DNA of 64,000 nucleotides from contig QPMI01000142.1 in NCBI GenBank assembly GCA_004431415.1, positions 52,335-116,334 of the forward strand, written 5' to 3'. Below the pieces are notes generated by a model. The model was not told where the DNA came from. It made no database searches and saw only the letters and a program-made list of their open reading frames with translations. This stretch comes from Cyanophora paradoxa CCMP329. Its lineage: Eukaryota > Plantae > Glaucophyta. A program made the translations under genes and the position numbers. This document shows, piece after piece, positions 51,502 through 61,965 of this stretch (position 1 is its first letter; the number at the start of each line of letters is the position of its first letter).

Positions 51502-51757
51502 GCAAAAGTGGACGTCGCATTAAGAACACCACGGCACATGTCCTAATGTCCTGATCGACGCGCCCTTCCGACGCGGTCGACTAGCTAAGAGTAGGCGATG
51601 GTCTAGCTAGTCGCCGGCCTTGGGTCGTCCAGTTCAAGAGGCTCGCTTGCCCAGGGGACACACGGCTTGCAGATGCGCTGCTGCACCGTGGCCAACGCGC
51701 CCGGGTTTGTGAGTGGTTCCATCCCGTTGTGAACCCTGGTAGAGCTTGGCTCCGCAC
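51502..51757 (-). ncRNA. conserved structured 3'-terminal RNA module (element B version)
   Basis: Shares ordered islands with A (CCAGGG, GGGATGGA, GGGCGCGT, CGACCCA.GGCCGGC, GTCGGAAGGGC, ACATGTGCCGTGGTGT, AATGCGACGTCCACTTTTGC); the intervening stems covary. Confidence 0.6.
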
Positions 51758-52536
51758 TTGCAAAAGTGTAAGTGTAGGCGGTGATGGGGGACGATCGCTG
51801 CCGCCTGTCGTACGTGATCGCCGTCCCCAGCAGAGAAGAGGTGGGGCCCTCCAGGCTCGGCTCCTCTGCAGTCCGTCGTCGTACCCGCCCCAGTACGAAC
51901 GGCCGGGGTCCACATGAGAGAGCTGCCCGGTCCACCCCTCTCCGCCCCCCCCCTCCCCCCCCCGAAATTAGGTCCCAACGGAGGGTACGAGGGAGAGCCG
52001 CTCCTGCCCGCCTGCCCCCCCCCCTACCCCGCCCTCCTACCCCCCCCCCCAAGAGAGAGCAAGGTTGTGAGGGTGAGAAGGTAGAATAGTGGAGGCCAAT
52101 AAAGAGAGTGTGGAAAGAAAAACAGAGCTGTCGAAGAGCTGTCGAGTTTCGAGATATCTGTCAAAAAGTGAAGTTCGCGCTCCGGACGCCGTTTACCTCA
52201 AGCTGAAAATACCTCAAGCTGTTAAAATGCACTGCAAAGAAGGGGATCGGAAGCGAGCGTACTGCTGCAAGGGAAAACTGCAGGGATCGTCGAAAAAACC
52301 AAAAGCACATGCACATGCATTGAAAACGCTGTCACAGGGGACAGGCTAAAATGGGAGACTGTCACATTAACTTGAGAGCTGCCCAAAGGAGAGAGAAAAA
52401 TTACTGAGTGGCTGAGGGGAGAGAGGAGGGAGAGGGACGGGGGAGTGGCCGACGGCGGGAGAAACCCCTAAAGGAAATTGAGAGGGGGCGGAAAAAACTG
52501 CCGCTGCGTCAGGGGGAAGAGAGGAAAAGGGGCAGC

Positions 52537-54169
52537 CTAGCGCTTGGCCTTGCCCTTGCCCTTCGCCTTTGCGAGAGCCGGGGCGAGGGCCGCAGCGAGG
52601 GCCGCCGCGGTCAGGGGCGGCGAGGGCTCGGCGGGGCGGGCGAGGGCGGCAAGGATCGCCTGGGCGTCGGCGGAGAGGCCGCTGCCGCGGCTGGCCGCGC
52701 GGTTCTTCTTGAGGAGGCGGCGGAGGAGCTGCTCCACGTCCTCGTCCGAGTCGGAGCCGCGGCGCGGCGACTGGGAGCGGGAGCGGGAGCGCTGGCGGCG
52801 GCGGCCGCTGGAGGAGCTGCCGCCGGCGCCCGCATCGCGCTCGAAGAGGTTGGTGTGGTGGCTGGCGTGGGAGGCGAGGCTGACCGAGTCGTCCTCTGCG
52901 AGCTCGCGCCGCATGCGGCCGATGGCGGCGGCGAGCTCCTGGGGGCCGGGGAGGGCGCCCGGGGCCGCGGGCGGGGCGGCGGCGGCGGCGCCAGCGGCGG
53001 GCTCATCGAAGTGGGCGGCGCCGAGGGCGGCGGCGGCGGCCTCCGCGCCGTCCGCGGCCTCCTCGCGCGCACGCCCGTTGGCCATGCAGTTGAAGGTGTC
53101 GGGGTGGGCCCAGGCGTCCGTGGTGAGGTGTCCGCGCAGCGGGCAAGATAAGGAAGGAGGAGGGCGGGCGCCAGAAGTGCGCACGTGCGTGCAGAAGCAA
53201 CCGCCGTTGCCGTTTTCGTCGGCGCCGAGAGGCTCGTAAAGCGCCGCATCGACGTTGCGCGCTGCGTCGAAGTGCTTGAGCCACCGCCCGCGGTGCTCGC
53301 CCTTCGGGTGCAGCACGAGCTGCCCCGAAACGATTGTGAAGTCCGCCTCGGTGTAGTAGACACGGTAGGCGTTTGGGACGGTGCCGTTCATCCGCTGCTT
53401 GTTGGCAAGGCGGATGTGGTGCGGCGGCGCCAGAGTCACGACCGAACGGAGCGCCTCGCGGACCTTCGAGGAGAGGAGAAATGAGAGGAGAAGAAGAGAC
53501 ATTTATAATTAAGAGTTCGCAAACCGTGGCCTCCGTAAGCGGGCGGCCATTGGCAGTCTGCACGCCGAGGAGAAGGAACTTGGTCGGCATGCCGCCCGGC
53601 AGGGAGCGCGCGACCGCCACGTCGAAAGCGGACAGGAGGTGGCGCTTGTACACCAGAGCGTGGTCACGCGACGCCTGCTCCAGCATGCGCGCAAACTGGC
53701 ACGCGGAAGCGTGTTAGGGTGCGCTCAGGCGGCGAGAGTGTGCGCGCAATGCGCACGTGGAGATCGACGCAGACGAACAGCTTCGTGTGCGTGAAGGGAC
53801 GAGAGGGTGGAAGGAGTCCTTCATCACGAAGGCGCAGATGTTGGAGGACTGCTGGACAGAAGGCACCGCGATCTCCGCCGCGGCAGGGTCCTCAGCAGGC
53901 TCTCCGGCAAAGGGATTGCCGTCGAAAGCTGGCGCTCCTTGCTGCATCGGCTCGTCGCCCCAACGAGCTCCGATCGCGACCGGAGCAGCGCCCGCGGCCG
54001 CTGCAGCAGCTCCAGCGAGATTCGGGTGCGGTGCCGGAGCCAACGGTTGTGCGTTGGCCGGCGCCGGCCCGCCCGGCAGCTGGGTGAGAGGTCAGGAAAT
54101 TTTTTCGGTCGAATTTTCGGCCGGCGCGCGGCAGCGTACCGCTAGGAGACCAGAAGGAGGAGGCTCCAT
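52537..54169 (-). CDS. spliced ORF1/Gag-like protein of element B (~480 aa; RRM-like segment, Cys/His motif, RS-rich and basic tail)
   Basis: ATG at 54169; GT-AG introns 54139-54080, 53756-53696 and 53524-53464; one +1 correction is needed in a C-run near 53810. KFLLLGVQTANGRPLTEAT|VREALRSVVTLAPPHHIRLA...NAYRVYY is RRM-like; FCTH...CPLRGH...C follows. Confidence 0.65.
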
Positions 54170-54542
54170 GGCCTGGCGCGTGTCGGGAGAGCGTTGGGCC
54201 GCAGATGCGGAAGGGTTGGATCTTTCCAGGGGGGTACGGAAAGTCCCGGCGCGGCGGCCACCTCCTCCGCCGCCACCGCCTCTTCCATCGCCTTCGCCAC
54301 CGGCACGGCCGCCAGCGCGAGCACCGGCACCGCCGCGGGCGGCGGCTCCCTTGGCATGAGCTGCAGCGCCCCGCGGTGCGCCTTGCGGGGGCGGGTCGCG
54401 TGGCGGCGGCCGCCGCACTCCACCACCTCCTCCTCCCCATCGCTCCGGCCGCGCAACGCCGGCCGCTGGGTTTGCGCGGCAAGCAGCGGTGCCGCCCCTC
54501 GCCCCTCGTGGCACCAGCGGCCCTCGGCCTGGGCAAGCTTTT

Positions 54543-54919
54543 CACCTCGACAAAACGGGACACCGATTAATCGGGGTCCTGGGGCGCAGGTGAGGAGGAG
54601 GGAGGAGGCGGAGTGGGGAGGAGGAGGCGTGGCGGAGCGGCGGCAAGGGAGGGCGGCGGACTGCGAGACATCTCACTTCCAGGGCTCATGAGGGATGGAG
54701 GAGTTGATCAAGGGGTGGGCGCGTGGGTCTGGTTACGGCTATCACCGAAAACCATGGCTCCCCCACTCAGGCGAACCTCCCATATTGAGCGACCCATGGC
54801 CGGCACCTAGCTAGCACCATCGGCTAGATAGATGACCGGTCGGAAGGGCACGTCACGTAGAACATTGATACATGTGCCGTGGTGTATCAATGCGACGTCC
54901 ACTTTTGCAAAAAAAAAAA
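54543..54919 (+). mobile_element. 5'-truncated copy (A') of LINE element A
   Basis: Near-identical to the reverse complement of 56855-57232; A11 tail; 17-19-bp TSD TCGGCCTGGGCAAGCTT(TT) at 54524-54542 and 54920-54938. Confidence 0.93.
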
Positions 54920-56866
54920 TCGGCCTGGGCAAGCTTTTGCAGTCCTCGCCGTCGTCGGAACCCCCGCCGCCACCAGGGCACCGCCCCGCGCTTCGATCGC
55001 GGCGTCTGCGGCCCCCCGCCTGCCTCCCGACTCGCTCCCTCCCCCGTCATCGTCGCCAGTCCCCCCCTCCCGATCGCTCGCGACTCGTCCCCCCCTTCCT
55101 CCCCCTCCCCCTCCTCCTCGTCAGTCTCAACGTGCTCGGCCCGCTTGGGCCCCTCCAAGGACGCCCGCCCGGGCCCCTCCAGCGCCCGGATCGCCGGCCC
55201 CTCGTGCGCATGCTCGGCAGCGGCGCGCTCCAGGCACGCCAGCGCCGCGCGTGCCTGCGCGGCGGAGCGTCAGAGGCGCGCGGGGTGGGTGCACGCTGCG
55301 GTGGGGGCGGAGGCCGGGTGGGCGGCGCGCCTCGCGCTGCGTCCTGTGGCAGCCGTGCATCGTAGCGGTCCTCGGCGTGTGCTGGGGGAGCTGCTCCGTC
55401 CCCTTGATGCGCTGGCGGCGGCCGCGGCGTCTCGCTCGATCCGGGGATATCGATCCGCCCCGGCCCTTGCAATTGGCCGCCTGGTCGCGCACCCAGGTCG
55501 ACGCCACGGCGCGCATCGTCCGCGGCGGCATTGGCAAGCCCGTTCAGCGGCAGAAGCTTAAGGCCTCCGCTTCGCCCGCCCCCGGTCGCTTTCTACCGCC
55601 CCTCGACCGCGCGCTGCTCGGCCCGTCCTGGATCCGCATGCCATGATGCTCACTGAGTCAGGATCGACATGGGGAGGCCGCGCCGCGCCGGGCTGGTCGA
55701 GAAGAAGCTGAGGAGGAGGCAGTCCCGCAGGTGCTTCGCCTTTTGCCACGGCTTCTCCTCCGCGCCCCCCCTCAGGGCCTGAGCACGCGCTCGAACTCAT
55801 CGCAGCTCGTCCGCTGCCGCAGTGCCGCCACGTCTTCTCCGTCTTTGACTCATGATCAGCGACGAGCTGGTTCGTACGTTCGTTGCTGAAAGAGGCTGGG
55901 CAATGGGTCGTGAGTAGAAGAGCTCGTTTCCAAAAACGGTTTGATTTTGTCTGTGATCGCAATTCTGCGCAGTGCACGGTGCGTGTCCGACGGTCGCCCC
56001 AGGCGCCGCGGGCCCGCCGGGCCGGCAAGGGCCGGCGGGCATGCGCAGGCGCGCCTCTTGCTTGAGGCCGGCAACGATGCCAACCCGCAGCTTCTGTGCG
56101 AGGTTCTCGATGAGATTGCTACGGCCGCCGGCCACAATCTCACGGGCACGACGCTGCCCAGCGGCGCATCGTGGGCTGCCCTAGCCTAGTAGGCCTTAAC
56201 GTCGCCGTGACGATTTGGGCTGCGGCCGTGCCTCGCCCCCGCCGCCGGCCGCCGGCCCATGGCGCGCTGGCCATGGAGCTGCCGCAGTGCGGCCGGGGCT
56301 GCCGCCGGGCTGGCCGCTGTGTCTCTCCGGTGGGTATTTGGCGTTCTCCGCTGGGCGGCGGCGGCGGCCGTGGGGCGGAACAGCGCCGACCCTGCCCCGA
56401 GGCCCGAGGAGGTCGAGCTCGCCCTCGCTCAGGGCGTATGGCTGCCGCGACGTCGCCGAGTCGACTCGGAGCCGGCGGCGGGGGGCGGGGCGGCCTTCGA
56501 ATTATGCACGGCCAACGCCACTGGACCACCGGCACGGGCAGCGAGGGGGCCCAGCTACCTTTAATTTGGAAAGGCGGGCGAGGCGGCTCGGTCAATTAAT
56601 ATTGGCGTGAGCGGGCGCCCGTCGGCGTCGCAGGGGGCCCCTATCCGAGGCTCGCGCCGATGTAGCCCATTAGCGCACCTCTGCGCCAATACCCTCTGCG
56701 CCACCTCTGCGCCGCGTTTCGACTCGGGAAGTGGACTATATTGCAACGAGGCCAGATTTAACCCGGCAAAACGACAGATTTAACCCGGCTAACGGCAGAT
56801 CTATAGCTATATAGCTAGCCTAGAACTAACGCTAGCTATAGCTAGCGTCGAGCATTTTTTTTTTTT

Positions 56867-57114
56867 GCAAAAGTGGACGTCGCATTGATACACCACGGCA
56901 CATGTATCAATGTTCTACGTGACGTGCCCTTCCGACCGGTCATCTGTCTAGCCGAAGACGCTAGCAAGGTGCCGGCCATGGGTCGCTCAATATGGGAGGT
57001 TCGCCTGAGTGGGGGAGCCATGGTTTTCGGTGATAGCCGTAACCAGACCCGCGCGCCCACCCCTTGATCAACTCCTCCATCCCTCATGAGCCCTGGAAGT
57101 GAAATGTCTCGCAG
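56867..57114 (-). ncRNA. conserved structured 3'-terminal RNA module (element A version; also at 54661-54908 on +)
   Basis: Hairpins CATTGATACA/TGTATCAATG, CTAGC/GCTAG and TGAC/GTCA; several A versus A' differences cluster in the CTAGC/GCTAG loop. Confidence 0.6.
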
Positions 57115-60100
57115 TCCGCCGCCCTCCCTTGCCGCCGCTCCGCCACCCCTCCTCCTCCTCACTCTGCCTCCTCCCTCCTCCTCACCTGCGCCCCAGGACC
57201 CGATTAATCGGTGTCCCGTTCTGTCGAGGTGAAGAAGGTGGTAGGAGGAAGATATGAGGAAGGAGAGGGAGTGGGCGGAGGCAGCGGAGGGGTGGGCAGC
57301 GGATGCGGGGCAGGGCAGGGAGCGGTGCCGGGACGGCAGAGTGGAGTGAGCGTGGGCACTGACAGGCGGCGCAGAGAGCGGGGAGTGCGGAGACGAGGCG
57401 GGTCGCGAGGGGTCGGGAGGGTCGGTCTGAGTAGGGGGGTGGCCGAAGCCAGAGGGGTGGCCGAGGCCGATGGGGTGGCCGAAGCCGGGGGGGGCCGAAG
57501 CCGATGGGTGGCCGAAGCCGAGGGGGGGCCGAAGCCAGTGGGGGGCCGAAGCCATAGGGGTGGCCGGAGTCAACGAGGGGTTCGACACTTGTGAGTCGGT
57601 TGGGGCCGGGGGAGGGACCGTAGGGGGCGGCGGGGCGGCATCGTGCGGGGTCCCGGTCGGGGGGGCCGGCTGAAGCGAGGAGGGGGGGGGAGAGTCGGCT
57701 ACTGGAAGCGTCGTTAGTGGTTTGTACACTCCAGGTGCGAAGAGGGACGTGATTGTGGGTTGTGCAGCGGGTATCGACACCGTTCGCGCTTTTTTGGTTC
57801 CGCGCTTGGGGGTCTTGCGACCGGCTGCCTTTCTTTTCGCCGTAGGTACGGGTGGGGCGGGTGAAGAGGCGGGAAGGGGAGGGTCATGGGCGCGGGCGTT
57901 TGGGTGCCGGGGCGGGGGAGTATCGGTTGTCCGTTTGCGTGAGGCAGGCGACGGGCGAGTTCGTTTCGAGGGAGGGCCAGGGGGCGTTGGGGCGGGGCGC
58001 TTGGAAGGTTGAGTAGCGGACGTAGGGCCCGCGGGCAAAGCGGGCAGGGTGCCATTGTCGGGGTTCTTGTGGGAAGGTTGCGTTGGGGGTGCAGCAGGTT
58101 GGGAGGCAGATCTAGAGTATGAAGTGGTCTCAGGGCGAGCGGGGCACTTTCCCCGTCTGGCGTCGGAGTGGGCCTGGAGGGCAGCTGCGGAGGCAAATCG
58201 GGTGCCACAGGTGCAAGAGAAGTCAGATGTCATGGCTACGGTGCCGGCATTGGGCGGCTGGGGGAGGGGGGGCCTGGGGGAGGGGCGGTCTGGGGCGAGG
58301 GGAGGCAGGGAGTCGTGCAATTGCCTGGCGGAAATTTTCCAGGAGAACCCATGGTTGGCTTTCCGAGTCCAATCCGCAGCAGAAGTCAGTGATGGAGATG
58401 GTATCATGGAGGGAGGGGCGGGGGGGGCGGGGGGGGAGGGGGGGACCAGGCGGTTGTACTGGCGGCGAGCGGGAGGGTTTGGTGTCGGCATGTTTGCGGT
58501 ATCGACGTTTGGTTCTGTCAGTGATGCCTTGTCGGAGCTCCCAGGCGTGGTTGCGGGCGCAGCGGTCCCTCCAGATCGCACGGAGGTGTTGGTCGAGGAG
58601 TAGCGCTAAATCTTTTTGGATTGACATTGTGGTGGTTTTGTTGATGCCCAGGGCTGTGCAGAGGGCGGCAATCCTGCCGGGGTACCGAGGCGCAGGAGGC
58701 AGGGGCGGGGAAGGGGAGCATGTCAGCCAAGGCCGGGCTAAGCTTTGTCCATAGGGTATCGGTGAGACCTGGGGGGCGGAAAAGGGCCGGATTTTCGGTG
58801 GGGGAGAGGAGGGCGGATTGGAGGGGAGAGGCGGGGTCAGGGGAGACGAGGCGGAGGAAGGGAAAGAGTTGAAAAATAGTATCGTCGTGTCCTAAGGGTT
58901 TGGGCGAGTGGCGGAGAACCCGGGTGCGGAGGAAGGTCACGAGTGTGTCCTGGAGAGCTTGGAGGAGGAGGCGAGCGGCGGGGCAAGTAAATATGTGAAT
59001 GAAGTCTTCGGGGGGTGGGTTGTGGGTCGGGCTGTCTGGGGTCTGCGGCCCTCGGTGGGGAAGAGGGCGGGGGGAGCCCGGGGGGTGCACGTGGCAGGGG
59101 CGGGAGGGTGGGAGTGGGAAGCAGGGTCCTCGGGGACTGGGGCAGGGGTGGGAGGGAGGTGACAGAAGGGGCAGTGGGCGATACCGTCAGGAAAGAGAGG
59201 GCCGTATAGGTCGGGGTCGTGGAGGAGGCGGATGGTGAGGGAGGGAGGCCTCCAAGAATGCACTGGAATCTGACTTTGCGGAGGTGATCGCCTGTGGGGG
59301 TACGGCGGTCCGGTGGCTTGTCGGACACGAGGGAGAGGGCTGGGGCGAGGGTAACGTGAGGATTGCTGAGGACGGCCCCCGCGTTGCGAAGCTGGCGCCA
59401 GTCGAGGTATTGGGAGAGGAGGCTTCGGCTAGGAAGTGAGAGCGGGGGTCCCCTCAACGCGGTATGCATGGAGTCTGCCTCTGTAGGGCTCGGCTCCTGG
59501 AACTGGGCCTTGGGATGACGGGGCGGGAGGCCGACGCGGATGAGGAAGCATTTGAAACTGTGGGGAATGAAGAGAAGGGCTGAGAGGGGGGCGTCTGGGG
59601 TCGTTTTGGCAAGCTTGTCAACGGCGTCATTGTGGCAGTTGTCAGGAGTATAGGCTGGGTTCGGGATACGGTTCTTGGCCGGGGTCCGGGCCGCCTCTTT
59701 CTTTGCGACTGTTTTAGATGTTTTGGCGGACCGTGGTGGCGGCTGGGCGGCGTCGCGGTGGGCGGCTTCAGCTAGGATGGTCGCCGCCTCGAGTGGGGTC
59801 ACGTGGGACGGCCGGAAGAGACGGCGTGCTGTTGCGGAAGCTTCGTTGCGGGCCAGGTCAGCGAGCTGAGAGGCGAGTTCTTGGGCGTAGCGAGCACCGG
59901 GAGGGAGGGGGGTGGCGGGCCCTGCAGGGCGAGGCGGGGTAGACTCAAGCACAGTTGGGGAGCGCGGGAGGGCTGGGTGGTCGGGGGAGGATGGTGGGGA
60001 GTCTAGGGTAGGCAGGGTGCCGCCAGTGGAGACCGGGGGGCGGCGTGGCAGTTGGGGACGCCCCGGGAAGGTCGGTGGGGGCCTGAGGGCCGGGAGGGCA

Positions 60101-60139
60101 GGACCACAGCATATAGGGTCAAGGGTGACGGACCCGTAG

Positions 60140-60850
60140 CAGAGGCTGAGGGCAATATATTCACGGTATCTGCGGAGCGTTGCATTGTCGACCTGAATGT
60201 AGGCTGGGGGGCGGGGCAAGTCCGACGGGGCAAGTGCTGAGGAGCGACTGAGTAGGTCAGCTGTGAGGAGGAGGAGAGGGCCGCAGGCCGTGCTGTTGGG
60301 GGGCTGGAAAACGGAGAGGGATGTCTCCGGGCGTAAATAGGTCCATCTGCAGAATGGAGTGAGGGGGAGGGGGGAACCAGAGTCGCGGTGACTCCAAGTG
60401 GCCGCCAAGTCTTGTGCAAAGGAGACAAGGTGATCAGGGACGTCGAGGGAGCCGTTGTGAATGTAGAACGAGTGCGTCTGAGGAAATAAAGCGAGTAGGT
60501 GCCAGTGTCCCGGGGGGGCCTGAGGGTGCCGGGATCTGCCTGAGGGAAGGGTCGGCGAGGGGGCTGGTGGGGTATGATGAGTGGGGCGATAGGTAAGGAT
60601 GGGGACAAGGACAAGGCGGGCATCGAGAAGGCGTCCGGGGGGAAGGTATTGGTGCAGAGGGAGAAGGGCAGAGCCCCGAGAGTCAAATTGGGAGGCTGCA
60701 CTAGCGGGGTAGGAGCTGGACGACAGGAAGTAGGCAGGGTGAGGCGAGGCCAGGGCGGCTTCACGGGAGGAGAGCATGTCAAGGAAGGCTTCCACAAGGG
60801 GGAGGCTGAGGGCGGCATTCGGCCGGAGGTGGATAAGGTCGCCTCGTCGA
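60140..60850 (-). other. Ulp1/peptidase C48-like domain with catalytic His and Cys present
   Basis: DLIHLRPNAALSLPLVEAFLDML...AYFLSS...LVLVPI...GHWHLLAL...YIHNGS...QPPNSTACGPLLL...RRYREYIALSL. Confidence 0.75.
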
Positions 60851-61344
60851 ATGAGGGAGTGGCGATGAGGGTCAGGTCGGGGGGCGGGTGGGAGGGGGGG
60901 TTTCGACATGAGAGTTTGCTCCGCGCAGTAATCATTGTCTGCAAACCGGAAGGCATTCCCCAGCCAACTTTTCTCCGCCAGCGTCAGGGGGCGAGGGAGG
61001 GAAATTCAGTCGGGTGAGCGGGGGTTCGGCCTGGGGAAGCAGTTGGTCGGGCCTCGGGCGCCGGGGGCGTGGGGGTGGGAAGGCAGGGTGGGGGGGGGTG
61101 GGGGCTGCGGGGAGGAGGGAGGGGAATTGGGAGACCGGGGGGTTACCGGTGTAGGGACGGGGGGGAGAGGGAGGACGGAAGGGAGGAGGGGTGGGGTCTC
61201 GCTTGCGTCTGACCGGACGGCGGGCTTTGGCTGCCGTGTGCTGGGAGGGCGGGAGCTGGTGCGCGGGGTCATGCGCTGTCGTTTTGTTGTGAATGCCGGG
61301 TCGTTGGCCTGGACTGTCCCCAGGAGAACCTCAGGGTCCCGGAG

Positions 61345-61965
61345 AAGGAGAGCGGCCGCCCAACGCTCCCGGTAGATGGGGGCGTGGAAGGGGATAGGGC
61401 GGCCCCGTCCTTTGCCATACAGGTGGACTTCCTCACCGCGGCCAATGAACTCAGCAGCGGTCATGACGAAGAGAGCGTCTTCACCCGTGTGAACGTTTTT
61501 CCAGGCTTGTGTGGGGAAGGTGCTGGTGTCGTACTTCCAGGCCGAGCGTGGGGAGGGGTCGCCGGGGCGGAGAGTCGCCGTCCACCAGCTGATGACCCAG
61601 TCTTTAAGAGGGGCCGTGACGTCGGAGGCGGGTTTGCGGGTGACGTCCAGGATGCGGATTTCGCGGAGGCGGGCCGAGATGATTGCTAGTCGCCAGGGTC
61701 GGGACCCAGAGGGGGGCAGGGGGAGGAGAATATAATCGTATTCCGTTGGGGAGAAAGGGTGCGGGACGTAGGGTCGGTCCAGGTGTAGCTGGCCTGCACG
61801 GGCTTTGAGAGAAAGGGCAGTGGGGGCTGTGCCCAGGAGGATCGAGGTTGCGTGGGAGGACGAGAGGAAGAGGCACTTGGGGGTGGTCGGGGCATGCAGG
61901 CGGAAGGAGACTTGTCGGTTTTGGAGAAGTCTGAAGAAGGCGTCGACGGGTTCTGCAGGTATGGG
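61345..61965 (-). other. second Ulp1/C48-like domain, apparently inactive
   Basis: PVDAFFRLL...CLFLSS...DYILLPL...RPWRLAII...IRILDV...WKY...PTQ...EDALFVMTAAEFI...YRERWAAAL; the His and Cys positions are substituted. Confidence 0.6.

Larger units (their letters stand above)
51496..54246 (-). mobile_element. element B: full-length ORF1-only (HAL1-like) non-LTR retroposon containing spliceosomal introns
   Basis: Poly(A) tail (T-run 51495-51501); 16-17-bp TSD CGGCGCGGCGGCCACCT (51479-51495 and 54247-54263); 3' ~250 nt homologous to element A; no RT. Confidence 0.88.
50762..55158 (-). pseudogene. AT-hook-containing ORF disrupted by two retroposon insertions (true start not defined)
   Basis: Deleting 54543-54919 and 51496-54246 (each with one TSD copy) restores one frame: ...GLQKLAQAEGRW...MEEAVAAEEVAAAPKRGRGRPRG..., with two KRGRGRPR AT-hooks from a 438-bp tandem duplication. 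Confidence 0.6.

Noticed and set aside
54543-57232. ~380-bp inverted repeats resembling TIRs of a DNA transposon
   Set aside because: They are two independent poly(A)-tailed LINE ends in opposite orientation; A' has its own TSD and A continues for over 7 kb.
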